A DNA stretch of 64,000 nt from Pedosphaera sp. (lineage in GTDB: Bacteria; Verrucomicrobiota; Verrucomicrobiia; Limisphaerales; SIBH01): positions 1 through 64,000 of the forward strand of contig JANOQV010000240.1 of the NCBI GenBank assembly GCA_031414955.1, read 5' to 3'. Shown in pieces: positions 1 through 10,909 of this stretch. The position numbers and the translations under genes are program-made. Under the pieces are notes generated by a model. It saw nothing but the letters and a program-made list of their open reading frames with translations. It was not told the DNA's origin and did no database searches. The first letter of the stretch is position 1. Every line of letters starts with the position of its first letter.

Positions 1-81
1 TAAAGCGACCGCACTCCAAACGCTTCGCGCCAGTCGAGGCGTTCAGGGTTGCGTGCCAGCGTTTGGAATGCGGTCGCTTTA
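1..81. repeat. REP/MITE-like inverted-repeat doublet (GCACTCCAAA-type), left end probably cut by window edge
   Basis: 1-24 TAAAGCGACCGCACTCCAAACGCT is the reverse complement of 58-81 AGCGTTTGGAATGCGGTCGCTTTA with 1 mismatch. Confidence 0.8.
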
Positions 82-182
82 GCGCCGCTTTCTGCCGGAC
101 CAATCCGAGTCAAGAAGACAACCCCCAAGTGTTTTGCTGCCATCGGGGGAGCAAATCCACCTATCCTCCGTCCAACACAACT

Positions 183-1370
183 ATGAAAAGGATACTTTGT
201 CTTGCTGCGGCCGGATTACTCGTTGCTTTCGCCGCCCACGCCCGCGTCAAAATGGTTGCGCTGCCGGAACGAGCGCGCGTCGTCGTGTCGCTGAACAATC
301 CCGATGCCACGCTCGTGGAAGAGGAGCGGATCATCACGCTTCAGAAGGGCGTCAACAAAGTGGATTTCTCGTGGCGCGGCGTGAACATCGACGGCACCAG
401 CCTCCAGATCCGCGCCCTCACGCATCCCGTCGACGTGAAGGTGCTCAACACCAGCTATCCGCCGAACGAGAACGCGCTCATTTGGGAAATCTCCAGTCCG
501 GCCGCGCAGGAAGAACGCGTGCGCATCACGTATTTGCTCAGCGGCCTGTCGCGCGAGGTCACTTATCGCGCCGTGGCCGAGCCGAATGAGAAGGCCTTGA
601 CGCTGCGCAACTATCTCCGCCTGCACAACAACTCGGGCGAAGACCTGACTGATGCCGAGGTGAGCGTGGGCTACGGCAGCAATTTCAAGAAGACCATTGC
701 GCACGAGGAAGTGTTGGAGATGCTCTCGGAGCGCGTCGCCGATTTGCCCGTGAAGAAAGTGTTGAGCTGGGATGCCGCGACTCAGCCTTGGGATCCGGAA
801 TATCAGAAGAGCACCGTGGGCATTCCGCTCAACTACGTCATCACCAACAACACCTCGGCCAAGCTCGGGGCGCACACCATGCTGCCGGGCAAGGTGCGCA
901 TTTTCATTAAGACCAAGGAGCAGCCGGCCGGCGCAGGCGAGCAAGCGGGCGAAGGCGTGGCGTTCACGGGTGAGGATTGGGCCAAGCTCACGCCGGTGGA
1001 CCGAGAAATGAATCTCTACATCGGCCAAAGCCGTGACGTGAAGGTCACGCAGCGCAAGACCAAGGACGACAAGACCAACATCCGCCGCAACAACGTCAAC
1101 AACATCGTGCTCAACGACGTGGATGAGATTTACAAGATCGAGATCGAGAATTTCAAAAAAGAGCCGGTGAACCTGACCATCGTCGAGCACATCCCCGGCT
1201 ACTGGAAGATGGTCGAGAACAGCCACGCCGCGCAGTTCAAGAAGAAGGACGCGTTCACCTTCGAGTACAATCTGACGCTCCCGGCGGAAACCACGGGCAC
1301 CAAGAAAACCACCATCACATTCAACATCAACAAGCTGAACGTGCAGGGGAATGAGCCGAGCAGTTTCTGA
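183..1370 (+). CDS. Secreted DUF4139-like protein (copy 1, divergent)
   Basis: Signal peptide MKRILCLAAAGLLVAFAAHA|RVK at ATG 183; LVEEER..LQKGVNKVDFSW, NNSGEDL, YKIEIENFK..V.LTIVEH motifs shared with the next two genes. Confidence 0.75.
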   Translation: MKRILCLAAAGLLVAFAAHARVKMVALPERARVVVSLNNPDATLVEEERIITLQKGVNKVDFSWRGVNIDGTSLQIRALTHPVDVKVLNTSYPPNENALIWEISSPAAQEERVRITYLLSGLSREVTYRAVAEPNEKALTLRNYLRLHNNSGEDLTDAEVSVGYGSNFKKTIAHEEVLEMLSERVADLPVKKVLSWDAATQPWDPEYQKSTVGIPLNYVITNNTSAKLGAHTMLPGKVRIFIKTKEQPAGAGEQAGEGVAFTGEDWAKLTPVDREMNLYIGQSRDVKVTQRKTKDDKTNIRRNNVNNIVLNDVDEIYKIEIENFKKEPVNLTIVEHIPGYWKMVENSHAAQFKKKDAFTFEYNLTLPAETTGTKKTTITFNINKLNVQGNEPSSF

Positions 1371-1413
1371 ACTGAGCGCGGCCCGCCGAGTCCGCGTGTT
1401 GAAAATATTTCTT

Positions 1414-2868
1414 ATGAACTCCTCAATTTTCTCGAACCGTCTGACGCGCAACGATGCGCGCACAGTTCAGGTACAGGTAGGGCGCGGTGTCCTCACCGCG
1501 CCGTGGCGGTTGGCAACGTCGTGGCCCGGCGCGCCGAGGACAGCGCGCCCTACCATCGCAATCCTGCTCGCGCTGCTTGTCGGGTTGGTGGCCCACGCCC
1601 GCATCAACGTCGTCACGCTGCCCGACCGAGACACGGTGCAACTGACGATCTACAACTCCGCCGACCTGACGCTGGTCAAGGAGACGCGGCATCTCACCTT
1701 CAAGAAGGGCATCAACAAGCTGGAGTTCTCCTGGGCAAACACACTGATCGATCCGACGTCAGTCGAGTTCCGTCCCCTGACGCATGTGAGCGAAGTGGAA
1801 TTGCAGGATGTGAGTTTTCCACCCCGCGTGGCGAACACCTTGGAGTGGCGCATCAATTCCGAGTTCGCGGGCGAAGTGGTGGTGGAGATTCGCTACTTCA
1901 CGAGCGGCATTTCGTGGACGGCGGATTACGTGTGCGAGGCGAACAAGAACGAGACGCAGATGGATTTCTCCGGCGCAGTGCGCGTGACGAACAAGAGTGG
2001 CGAGGACTACGAGAACGCGCAGGTGCGGCTGGTGGTGGGCGTGATCCGGCTGGTGCAGGAAATTGCCGACCTAGCCCGCGCGGGCAAACCAGGGATGCCG
2101 ACCACCACCGCATTCAACGGGAGAGCGGGCGGACCCGTGCCGGCAGCCGCACCGCAGGCGCTCTTGGCCTTCGGGGCCATGATGGAAGCGGACAAGTCAG
2201 CCATGATGAAGCCCAAGGAAATTCAGAAGGAAGGTCTCTCCGAGTATTTCATGTACACCGTCGAGGGCCGCGACACGATTCCCACCGGCTGGGCCAAGCG
2301 CCTGCCGTCCTTCAAGACCGACATGGTGCCGCTGACCAGCTACTACAAGTTTGAAGTCGAGCGCTTCGGGGATCAGGTCATGCGCTACTACCAGTTCACC
2401 AACTCGGTCGCGAACAAGCTGGGCAAGGAGCCGCTGCCGGATGGTGCGGTGAAGGCCTTTCGTTTCACCACCGACGACAAGCTCTACGCCTTCGTCGGCC
2501 GCACCTCGGTGAAATACATTCCCATCGACGAGTTCGTGGAACTGGAACTGGGCAACGATCTGGAAGTGATGGTCAAGCCGACCTTGATGGACTGGCAGAA
2601 GACCGACGTGCGCTTCGATCAGAACGGCAACGTCATCGGCTGGACGACCAAGGAGACGTGGGAGATCGAGGTGCAGAACTCGAAGGACATCCCGGTGGTC
2701 GTGGACATCCGCCGCAATTTCCCCGGCGACTGGACGCTCACCACTCAGCAGAAATACGAGAACGTGGACAAGACGAAGGTGAAGTTCGTCCTGCCGCTGG
2801 CCGCGCGTGGGAAGCAGAACTTCACTTACGAACTCGTGACCCGACATGGAACCAATGCCACACGCTAA
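1414..2868 (+). CDS. Secreted DUF4139-like protein (copy 2)
   Basis: h-region IAILLALLVGLVAHA|RINVV; QLTIYNS.DLTLVKETR, ISWTADY, VTNKSGEDYENA motifs; start uncertain (ATG 1414 or TTG 1510). Confidence 0.75.
   Translation: MNSSIFSNRLTRNDARTVQVQVGRGVLTAPWRLATSWPGAPRTARPTIAILLALLVGLVAHARINVVTLPDRDTVQLTIYNSADLTLVKETRHLTFKKGINKLEFSWANTLIDPTSVEFRPLTHVSEVELQDVSFPPRVANTLEWRINSEFAGEVVVEIRYFTSGISWTADYVCEANKNETQMDFSGAVRVTNKSGEDYENAQVRLVVGVIRLVQEIADLARAGKPGMPTTTAFNGRAGGPVPAAAPQALLAFGAMMEADKSAMMKPKEIQKEGLSEYFMYTVEGRDTIPTGWAKRLPSFKTDMVPLTSYYKFEVERFGDQVMRYYQFTNSVANKLGKEPLPDGAVKAFRFTTDDKLYAFVGRTSVKYIPIDEFVELELGNDLEVMVKPTLMDWQKTDVRFDQNGNVIGWTTKETWEIEVQNSKDIPVVVDIRRNFPGDWTLTTQQKYENVDKTKVKFVLPLAARGKQNFTYELVTRHGTNATR
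1476..1554. repeat. GTAG-type REP doublet (REPIN-like) inside 5' coding region
   Basis: GGTAGGGCGCGGTGTCCTCACCGCGCCG (1476-1503) and its inverted partner (1527-1554), 28 bp with 3 mismatches, each arm a hairpin. Confidence 0.8.
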
Positions 2869-4363
2869 TTCGCGCTGCGGCCACTCGCCCGCGCTTCTGG
2901 CTTCCCTCTCCCCTCAACGGGGAGAGGGATTGAGGGTGAGGGGTGGTGCGGTCGAGAGACTTTCGCAATGGCTGGAGCCTCACCGCGCTCTCACCCCTCA
3001 CCCCGGCCCACAACCCCGTGAGGGGGGCGGGAGAACCGTTCGCACGCTTGTCGCGATGTTGGTGGCGCTCGCACTTTTCGTCGCGCTCACCGCCCACGCC
3101 CGCATCAACGTCGTTACCCTGCCCGACCGCGACACGGTGCAGCTCACCATTTACAACTCGGTCGATCTCACGCTGGTCAAGGAGACGCGGCATCTGACCT
3201 TCAAGAAGGGCGTCAACAAGCTGGAGTTCTCCTGGGCCAACACGCTCATCGATCCCACGTCGGTCGAGTTCAAGGCGCTGACGCACGCGGATGAAGTCGA
3301 GGTCATGGACACGAGCTTCCCGCCACGCGTCGCGAACACGCTGGAGTGGCGCATCAATTCCGAGTTCGCCGGCGAGGTCGTGGTGGAGGTGCGCTATTTC
3401 ACGAGCGGCATCTCGTGGAGTGCGGATTACGTGTGCGAGGCGAACAAGAACGAGACGGCCATGGATTTCTCCGGCGCGGTGCGCGTGACCAACAAGAGCG
3501 GCGAGGATTACGAGAACGCGCAGGTGCGGCTGATCGTCGGCACCGTCCGGCTGGTCGAGGAAGTGGTGGCGCTGGCCCGGCGGCAGTTGGGCGAGGAACG
3601 AAAGGATGCACCGACCAGCGAGGCGTTGATGCGATCGAGAGTCACGCTGAGCCGGGCGGCTGGATTTGGGGGTGGCGGCCTTGGCGGGGCGTTCGACGCC
3701 ATCAAGGCCAAGGAGGTGGTGAAGGAAAGCGTCTCCGAGTATTTCATCTACACCGTTGAGGGCCGCGACACGATTCCCACCGGCTGGGCCAAGCGGCTCC
3801 CGTCGTTCCAGACCGAGAGCGTGCCCCTCGTGAGCTACTACAAGTTCGAAAAGGAGCGCTTCGGAGAGCGCGTGATGCGCTACTACCAGTTCACCAACTC
3901 GGTCGCGAACAAGCTCGGCAAGGAGCCGCTGCCCGATGGCGCGGTGAAAGCGTTTCGTTTCGCCAGCGATGATCTGCTCTACGCCTTCATCGGGCGCACG
4001 GCGGTGAAATACATTCCGATCAACGAGTTCGTGGAACTGGAACTGGGCAGCGACCTCGAAGTCTCGGTCACGCCCGTGCTCATGGACTGGCAGAAGACCA
4101 GCATCCAGTTCGCCAACAACGGCAACGTGCGCGGCTGGACCACGAAGGAGACTTGGGAAATTGAGGTGCAGAACTCGAAGGACATCCCGGTGGTGGTGGA
4201 CATCCGCCGCAGCTTCCCCGGCGACTGGACGCTGACCACGGCGCAGAAATACGAGAACGTGGACAAGACGAAGGTGAAGTTTGTCCTGCCGCTCGCGCCG
4301 CGCGCCAAGCAGAAGTTCACCTATGAACTCGTGACCCAGCATGGAACGAGTGCCACCAGATAG
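2846..4363 (+). CDS. Secreted DUF4139-like protein (copy 3, close paralogue of copy 2)
   Basis: Mature part from AHA|RINVV is near-identical to copy 2; start uncertain (ATG 2846, 2855 or 3056). Confidence 0.75.
   Translation: MEPMPHANSRCGHSPALLASLSPQRGEGLRVRGGAVERLSQWLEPHRALTPHPGPQPREGGGRTVRTLVAMLVALALFVALTAHARINVVTLPDRDTVQLTIYNSVDLTLVKETRHLTFKKGVNKLEFSWANTLIDPTSVEFKALTHADEVEVMDTSFPPRVANTLEWRINSEFAGEVVVEVRYFTSGISWSADYVCEANKNETAMDFSGAVRVTNKSGEDYENAQVRLIVGTVRLVEEVVALARRQLGEERKDAPTSEALMRSRVTLSRAAGFGGGGLGGAFDAIKAKEVVKESVSEYFIYTVEGRDTIPTGWAKRLPSFQTESVPLVSYYKFEKERFGERVMRYYQFTNSVANKLGKEPLPDGAVKAFRFASDDLLYAFIGRTAVKYIPINEFVELELGSDLEVSVTPVLMDWQKTSIQFANNGNVRGWTTKETWEIEVQNSKDIPVVVDIRRSFPGDWTLTTAQKYENVDKTKVKFVLPLAPRAKQKFTYELVTQHGTSATR
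2901..3033. repeat. CCCTCTCCCC..GGGGAGAGGG / CCCCTCACCCC-type palindromic miniature element
   Basis: Hairpin CCCTCTCCCC-TCAAC-GGGGAGAGGG followed by GGGTGAGGGGTG (2904-2945); inverted, degenerate partner CACCCCTCACCCCGGCCC..CCCCGTGAGGGGG (2992-3033). Confidence 0.7.
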
Positions 4364-4554
4364 CCGGAACTCAGGCGCGGTGCGGACTTCATGCCCCGGC
4401 TGAACCCGGAGAGTCCCATCGTCCGCCGGGGGCGAATGCACCCGGACCCGGAGTTCCGAATGAATCACCCTTCCCCGTCCAGGTCTTTGTGTTAGTCTTC
4501 GCGCCACGATAACGGAATGAGGAGACAGCCTGTCCTGTCCCTCCGAAGAAAAAA

Positions 4555-5821
<1,267 letters not shown>

Positions 5822-5850
<29 letters not shown>

Positions 5851-6685
5851 GTTGAATGTTCCGAGTCGCGCGCGCGTGGCTGGAATTTTTCCTGAACGGG
5901 GCCGCCAGCATTCCGGGCAACCCACGCCACTCGTGCTCCTCATAGTGATCGAGTCCCAACTGAATCTCCGCCGGCTTCTCGCGCAGGCGGAAGGAACCGA
6001 AGAGCCGGTCCCAGATGGAAAGGAAGCTGGTGTAGTTCGAGTCGGTCTCGGGCTGCCAGCGCGAATGATGCACGTAGTGCATCCACGGCGTGACGATCAG
6101 CCAGCGCAGGCACCGATCGGCACGGTTCGAGAGACGCAGATTGCTGTGGTGAAATAAAATCACCGGCAGCGAGAGAGTTTCGTAGAGCAGGAGCTGCGGC
6201 AGAGTCAGGCCGAGCAAGGGCACCACGGCGAGCCGCGCCAGGAACGAGAAGACCATCTCGCCCGTGTGGAACCGTACGCCGGAGCTGGCGTCCATTTCCG
6301 CGTCGGAATGGTGCACGGCATGGAAGCGCCACAGCAGCGGCACGCGATGGTTGCAGCGATGCCACCAGTACTGCCAGCAATCGAAGAGCACGATGGCTCC
6401 AAGCCCGTGCAGCCACCCGGGCAGCGGCGTGAGGTTCAACAGCCCGAAGGAATGCTCATGCGCCCAATCCGTCACGCCAAGAATGGCGAAGGCAAAACCG
6501 GAGGCGACTGTTGCGTTGAGGATGGCGAGGAGCAGATTCGTCGAGATGTGCGACAGCCGACGGGTGCGGCCTGGGAACATCGGGACCAGTGACTCCAAGG
6601 TCCACAGTCCCGCCAGCATCGCGGCGGCCACGAGGGGGCGGCTGGATTGCAGCCAGGGAAGTGGATCGGCTTCGGCGGCGACCAT
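5822..6685 (-). CDS. Sterol desaturase / fatty-acid hydroxylase family membrane protein
   Basis: His boxes [30 protein letters not shown]; several TM segments. Confidence 0.9.
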
Positions 6686-6731
6686 GATTTCACTCGGACC
6701 CGGCCCGGCACCAAACCTGGTTGGAGGAAAA

Positions 6732-7262
6732 CTATTGCAACAGGATGTTGCCGCAGGCCACGCGCGGTCCGGCGTTGCCGGCCGGCTGGCCCTTCAAGTC
6801 ATCGGCTTTCGCATGGACGATCACGCCTTTGCCCAGGATTGAAGCCGGGCCATCAAAGCCGATACGGCTGTCGGTCAGGTCGAACTTGGCGAGGCCGGCC
6901 GCGTTGGCCGTGAGGTTGCCAAAGTCACCCGCGTGGCGCTCCGAGTCGCCCGGTGCGCCGTGCTTCATGTTCGCGGGATTGAAGTGACCACCGGCGGACA
7001 TGGCGTCAGGAGCCGAGCAGTCGCCCTTTTCATGGATGTGAAATCCGTGCTCGCCGGGCGTGAGGCCCGAAAAGACGCCCACGATGTGGAGTCCTTTCGG
7101 CGTTTCGTAGAAGTGGACGGTGCCCTTCACGGTGTTGCCTGCCGTGGGGTTGAGTTCCGCGACCGCATGGCGGCCATGATGATGCGTGGACTGGCAGCCC
7201 GCGCCGACCAGCGCGGCGGTGAGGGCCGCTGCGATGAATGCTTCTTTGAGGCCAATGTTCAT
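6732..7262 (-). CDS. sodC: Cu/Zn superoxide dismutase, probable lipoprotein
   Basis: HGFHIH, GGHFNP, RHAGDFGN, IVHAKADD, GNAGPRVACG; lipobox-like VGAGC. Confidence 0.95.
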   Translation of the reverse strand: MNIGLKEAFIAAALTAALVGAGCQSTHHHGRHAVAELNPTAGNTVKGTVHFYETPKGLHIVGVFSGLTPGEHGFHIHEKGDCSAPDAMSAGGHFNPANMKHGAPGDSERHAGDFGNLTANAAGLAKFDLTDSRIGFDGPASILGKGVIVHAKADDLKGQPAGNAGPRVACGNILLQ

Positions 7263-7376
7263 GGTTTTTGCTCCAGTTGAATTTGTGTGGGTGCGGTTAT
7301 GGAGCAAATCTTCCGGGCACGCAATAGCGGCGTGGCGCGTGGCCGTCCGCCGCGCGCGCCCCGCGCGTGCTCCGGC

Positions 7377-8018
7377 TTAGGGCTTGCGGAAGAGTTGCGG
7401 GCCAAACCTCAACAACGTGATGGCCCAGATGATGACGAGCAGAAACACCACCGCCGTCACGCCCAGGGCAATGCGCTTGACCCACCGGGCGCGCGCCTGG
7501 AGCCGGGCCGTCTCCTCGTGCTGCATGACTTTGAACTGGGCGAATTCACGATCGAGCTGGGCGGTCGCATCGGCGGCCCGCAAGGTCTTCACGTTCCAAT
7601 CCTCGTCGCTCGAGGCCGGGAAGACTTCCGGGCGCGAGGCCAGCATCGATTCTTCCGCGCTCGCAAAACCCAGGTCGCGCCACCAGAGCGCCTGATTCTG
7701 CGTCCAGAGGCGTTCCAGCGCGTGGTTGCGGATCATGGCCTGCATCCGGTTCCAAAGCAGCTCGCGGAACTGGTCCGCCAGTTCCTGCCGGGCGATGGAC
7801 TCGCTGTGGAGCAAGCCCTGCGAGCCGGAGATTTGCAGGCCCAGGGCGGCGAGCACGCGCCCGTCGGCATCGCTCACGACCTGAAATTCAACGAAGCGCT
7901 TCTCCAGGGCCGCCGTCGGCAAACGCTCAAGCTGCCACAAGGCCAGCAGTTGCGGCACATCCTCCACAGTGGCGCGGCGCGTTACGTAGTGCGGTGCGGC
8001 GGTCATGATCATGACCAT
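7377..8018 (-). CDS. Hypothetical protein, GNAT-like N-terminus with C-terminal TM anchor
   Basis: RRATVEDVPQLLAL start and WWRDLGF resemble GNAT-fold motifs; hydrophobic C-terminal helix. Confidence 0.5.
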   Translation of the reverse strand: MVMIMTAAPHYVTRRATVEDVPQLLALWQLERLPTAALEKRFVEFQVVSDADGRVLAALGLQISGSQGLLHSESIARQELADQFRELLWNRMQAMIRNHALERLWTQNQALWWRDLGFASAEESMLASRPEVFPASSDEDWNVKTLRAADATAQLDREFAQFKVMQHEETARLQARARWVKRIALGVTAVVFLLVIIWAITLLRFGPQLFRKP

Positions 8019-8154
8019 AAGAATCGTGCGTTTCGGGTAAAGACTTGATTCGATCCGCGCGCGGCGTTCCCGGTCACTTGCGCCAAGTTCCTACTTCCCC
8101 TTTGACCGAGCGGTTCCTACAGTCCGCCCCTTTAATTGAAACTGAAATTAACCT

Positions 8155-10224
8155 ATGGCTGCTGATACATCCGTCGCACAACAAGTCCAGGCTCCACCGC
8201 TCAAGCCGCTCGAACTCAAGAGCCGCCTCGCGCCCACGCCTGTGGGAGCGCCCAAGTATTCCGTCACGGTGAAGAATGCCGCCGGTGCGGATGTGGCCGT
8301 GGCCGACCCGCGCGCCACCCGCGCGCTCGTGGCGTTGATGGACGTTCACGCAGTGAATGGCGGCGCGGCTTGTCATTGGGGCGGCCCGGCGGCCTTCGCG
8401 GAAATGATGGCGGCGATTCATGCGATCCTGTTCGCCACCAAGGGACGCCCGTGGCATGAGGCGTTCAATTTCGTCAACGACGCCGGCCATGCGGAGAACG
8501 GCATTTACGCCCTGCGCGCGAATTGCGGCTTCGACCAGATGACCACGGAGAGCGTGAAGGGCTTCCGCAGCATTGAGAGCAAGCTCACCGGACACGGCGA
8601 GTCGCATCTCAATCCCCAAGGCGTGCTCCTGAGCAACGGCCCGCTCGGTTCCGCCCTGCCCCAGGCGCAGGGACTGGCCCTTGCCGACAAGGTGGCCCAG
8701 CGCGACCGCGTAACGATCTGCACGGTGAGCGACGGCGCATCGATGGAGGGCGAGGCCAAGGAAGCCTTCGCCGCCATTCCCGGACTGGCGGCCAAGGGGC
8801 GCGTGAATCCTTTCGTCATGCTGGTTTCGGACAACGACACCAAGCTCTCCGGCCGCATCACCAAGGACTCGTTCTCCATGCAGCCCACCTTTCAATCGCT
8901 GGCCACCCTGGGTTGGACCGTGGTGCCGGTCGCGAACGGCCACGACTTGCCGGCGGTTTATCTCGCGGTGGAAAATGCCATCGAGACCGCCAGGGCCAAC
9001 CCGAACGCGCCGGTCTGCCTCTGGATCAAAACCATCAAGGGCTACGGCGTGAAATCGACGATGGAGAACTCGGCCGGCGGCCACGGTTTTCCCCTCGCCA
9101 ACGGCGAGAAGATCGTCGAATTCGTGGACGAAATTTACGGCGGGCAAACGCCGGAGGAATTTACGAACTGGGCGAAGTCGTTGCGCTCCGACTGGGAGAA
9201 GAAGGAAGCGGACAAGAAGGCCAGGGCCGCCGCCGCGCCCGCCTCCACCGCGCCGGCGTTGAAGAAGGACAAGATTCAAGCGGGCTTGGCCAAGGCCGCC
9301 ATCAAGGCCGCCGTGGACGGCTATCCCGTCTATTCCATCTCCTCGGACGTGCAAGGCTCCACCGGCATCAGCCCGTTTCAGAAGACCTTCCCCGATCGCT
9401 TCCTCGAAGTCGGCATCGCCGAGGCCAACATGATCAGCACCGGCGCGGGCTTCTCCAAGGCGGGCTTCATCCCCATTGTGGACACGTTCGGCCAGTTCGG
9501 CGTCACCAAGGGCAATCTGCCGCTGACCATGGCGGCGCTTTCGCAAACCCCGGTCATCGCACTGTTCTCGCACGTCGGATTCCAGGACGCGGCGGACGGC
9601 GCGAGCCATCAGGCCACGACTTACCTCGCCGCGACCAGCGCGATCCCGCACACCGTCGTCATCGCTCCGAGTTGCTCGGATGAAGCCGAGGCCTTGATGT
9701 ATGAAGCCATCAAGCGCATGGGCGCCGAGCGAGCCGCTGGCCAGGACGGCGAGAGCTACATTTTCTTCGTCGGGCGCGAGAATTACCCGTTGAGCTGGGT
9801 TGCGGATGCGAAGTATCCGTGGGGTAAGGCCCAGGTGTTGTCGCAAGGCACTGACGTGGTGCTGATCGGCTGCGGGCCGCTGCTCGACAAGGCCATCAAC
9901 GCCGGCCAGAAGTTGGCCGAGAAAGGCGTGAAAGCCACGGTCATCAACAATCCGTTCATCAACCAGGTGGACCTCGCGACCATTGGCGCGGCGGTGAAGG
10001 CGGCAAACGGCCGCGTGGTGACGATCGAAGATCACCAGGTCATCGGCGGGATGGGCGCCCAAGTTTCGCACGCCCTCTCGAATGCCGGTCTCGCCCATCG
10101 CATCAAGACGCTCGGCATCCAGGGCGAGTTCGGCCAGTCCGCCTACCTCGCCGAGCAGCTTTACCAGCAGCACGGCTTGACCGCCGACAAGATGGTGGAA
10201 GCAGCGCTGGAGTTGATGAAGTAG
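8155..10224 (+). CDS. tkt: Transketolase (ThDP-dependent, single chain)
   Basis: DAGH, LTGHGE, SNGPLG, SDGASMEG..N ThDP motif, TIKGYG, EVGIAEANM, DGASHQ, VTIEDH. Confidence 0.85.
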   Translation: MAADTSVAQQVQAPPLKPLELKSRLAPTPVGAPKYSVTVKNAAGADVAVADPRATRALVALMDVHAVNGGAACHWGGPAAFAEMMAAIHAILFATKGRPWHEAFNFVNDAGHAENGIYALRANCGFDQMTTESVKGFRSIESKLTGHGESHLNPQGVLLSNGPLGSALPQAQGLALADKVAQRDRVTICTVSDGASMEGEAKEAFAAIPGLAAKGRVNPFVMLVSDNDTKLSGRITKDSFSMQPTFQSLATLGWTVVPVANGHDLPAVYLAVENAIETARANPNAPVCLWIKTIKGYGVKSTMENSAGGHGFPLANGEKIVEFVDEIYGGQTPEEFTNWAKSLRSDWEKKEADKKARAAAAPASTAPALKKDKIQAGLAKAAIKAAVDGYPVYSISSDVQGSTGISPFQKTFPDRFLEVGIAEANMISTGAGFSKAGFIPIVDTFGQFGVTKGNLPLTMAALSQTPVIALFSHVGFQDAADGASHQATTYLAATSAIPHTVVIAPSCSDEAEALMYEAIKRMGAERAAGQDGESYIFFVGRENYPLSWVADAKYPWGKAQVLSQGTDVVLIGCGPLLDKAINAGQKLAEKGVKATVINNPFINQVDLATIGAAVKAANGRVVTIEDHQVIGGMGAQVSHALSNAGLAHRIKTLGIQGEFGQSAYLAEQLYQQHGLTADKMVEAALELMK

Positions 10225-10266
10225 CCCGGCCCTGCGGACGGCCCGACGTGCTTCTCAAAAAAGCTC

Positions 10267-10890
10267 TTACTGGCCGCCGTGGCTGAAGTCGTCGAACAAC
10301 GTCACGCTGTCCGCCTTGGTCCACAAGCCGACCTGGCCCGCGTCCTTGATCGTCTCGTCCTCGGCGGTGAACAACTCCTTGCCGTTGAGGAGCACCGTGA
10401 AGGACTTGCCCGTGAAGTTGACGCGCAAGGTGTGCCACTGGTTCGCCGCAACGGGCAGCTTCACGCCGTTGAACTGGGTCCGCTTGCCCTTCACAAAATG
10501 GTAGATGCGCACGTTGCCTTCCAGCGCGTTGGCCCGCGCGATGTAATAGTTGTCCGCGTCCTGCGCGCGCCAGATGACGCCGCCCGCCTGATCATTCTCG
10601 CCCGACACCGCCTTGAACTTCACCTCCACGAAGCCGTCCTTGAGCTTCGGGTCCGCTTTGAGGGCGACGGGGTAATCCGCCGCGCCGCCTTGCCTGAGCA
10701 CTTGCGACTTGCTGGGCGCGGTATCGTCTTTCTCCACGGTCCACTTCGGCTGGCCCTCGCCTGTCTTGGTGCCGGTCCAGCCGGCGGGCAAAGCGCCCGG
10801 CTTGGCCTCGTCGAAGTGGACCGTCGCGGCAAACGCGGCGGTGGTGGTGAACAGGCTCGTCAGCACGAGCAGGGTGGGAAGGGTTTTCAT
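10267..10890 (-). CDS. Secreted DUF1080-like / ConA beta-sandwich protein
   Basis: Signal peptide MKTLPTLLVLTSLFTTTAAFA; DQAGGVIWR.QD.DNYY..RANALE, GQVGLWTKADSVT.FDDF. Confidence 0.7.
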   Translation of the reverse strand: MKTLPTLLVLTSLFTTTAAFAATVHFDEAKPGALPAGWTGTKTGEGQPKWTVEKDDTAPSKSQVLRQGGAADYPVALKADPKLKDGFVEVKFKAVSGENDQAGGVIWRAQDADNYYIARANALEGNVRIYHFVKGKRTQFNGVKLPVAANQWHTLRVNFTGKSFTVLLNGKELFTAEDETIKDAGQVGLWTKADSVTLFDDFSHGGQ

Positions 10891-10909
10891 GGCGTGTTTC
10901 ATTCTGCGA

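Noticed and set aside
1590..4363. Diversity-generating retroelement or assembly duplication behind the near-identical paralogues
   Set aside because: No reverse transcriptase; differences are scattered synonymous and non-synonymous changes plus a swapped segment, not adenine-specific
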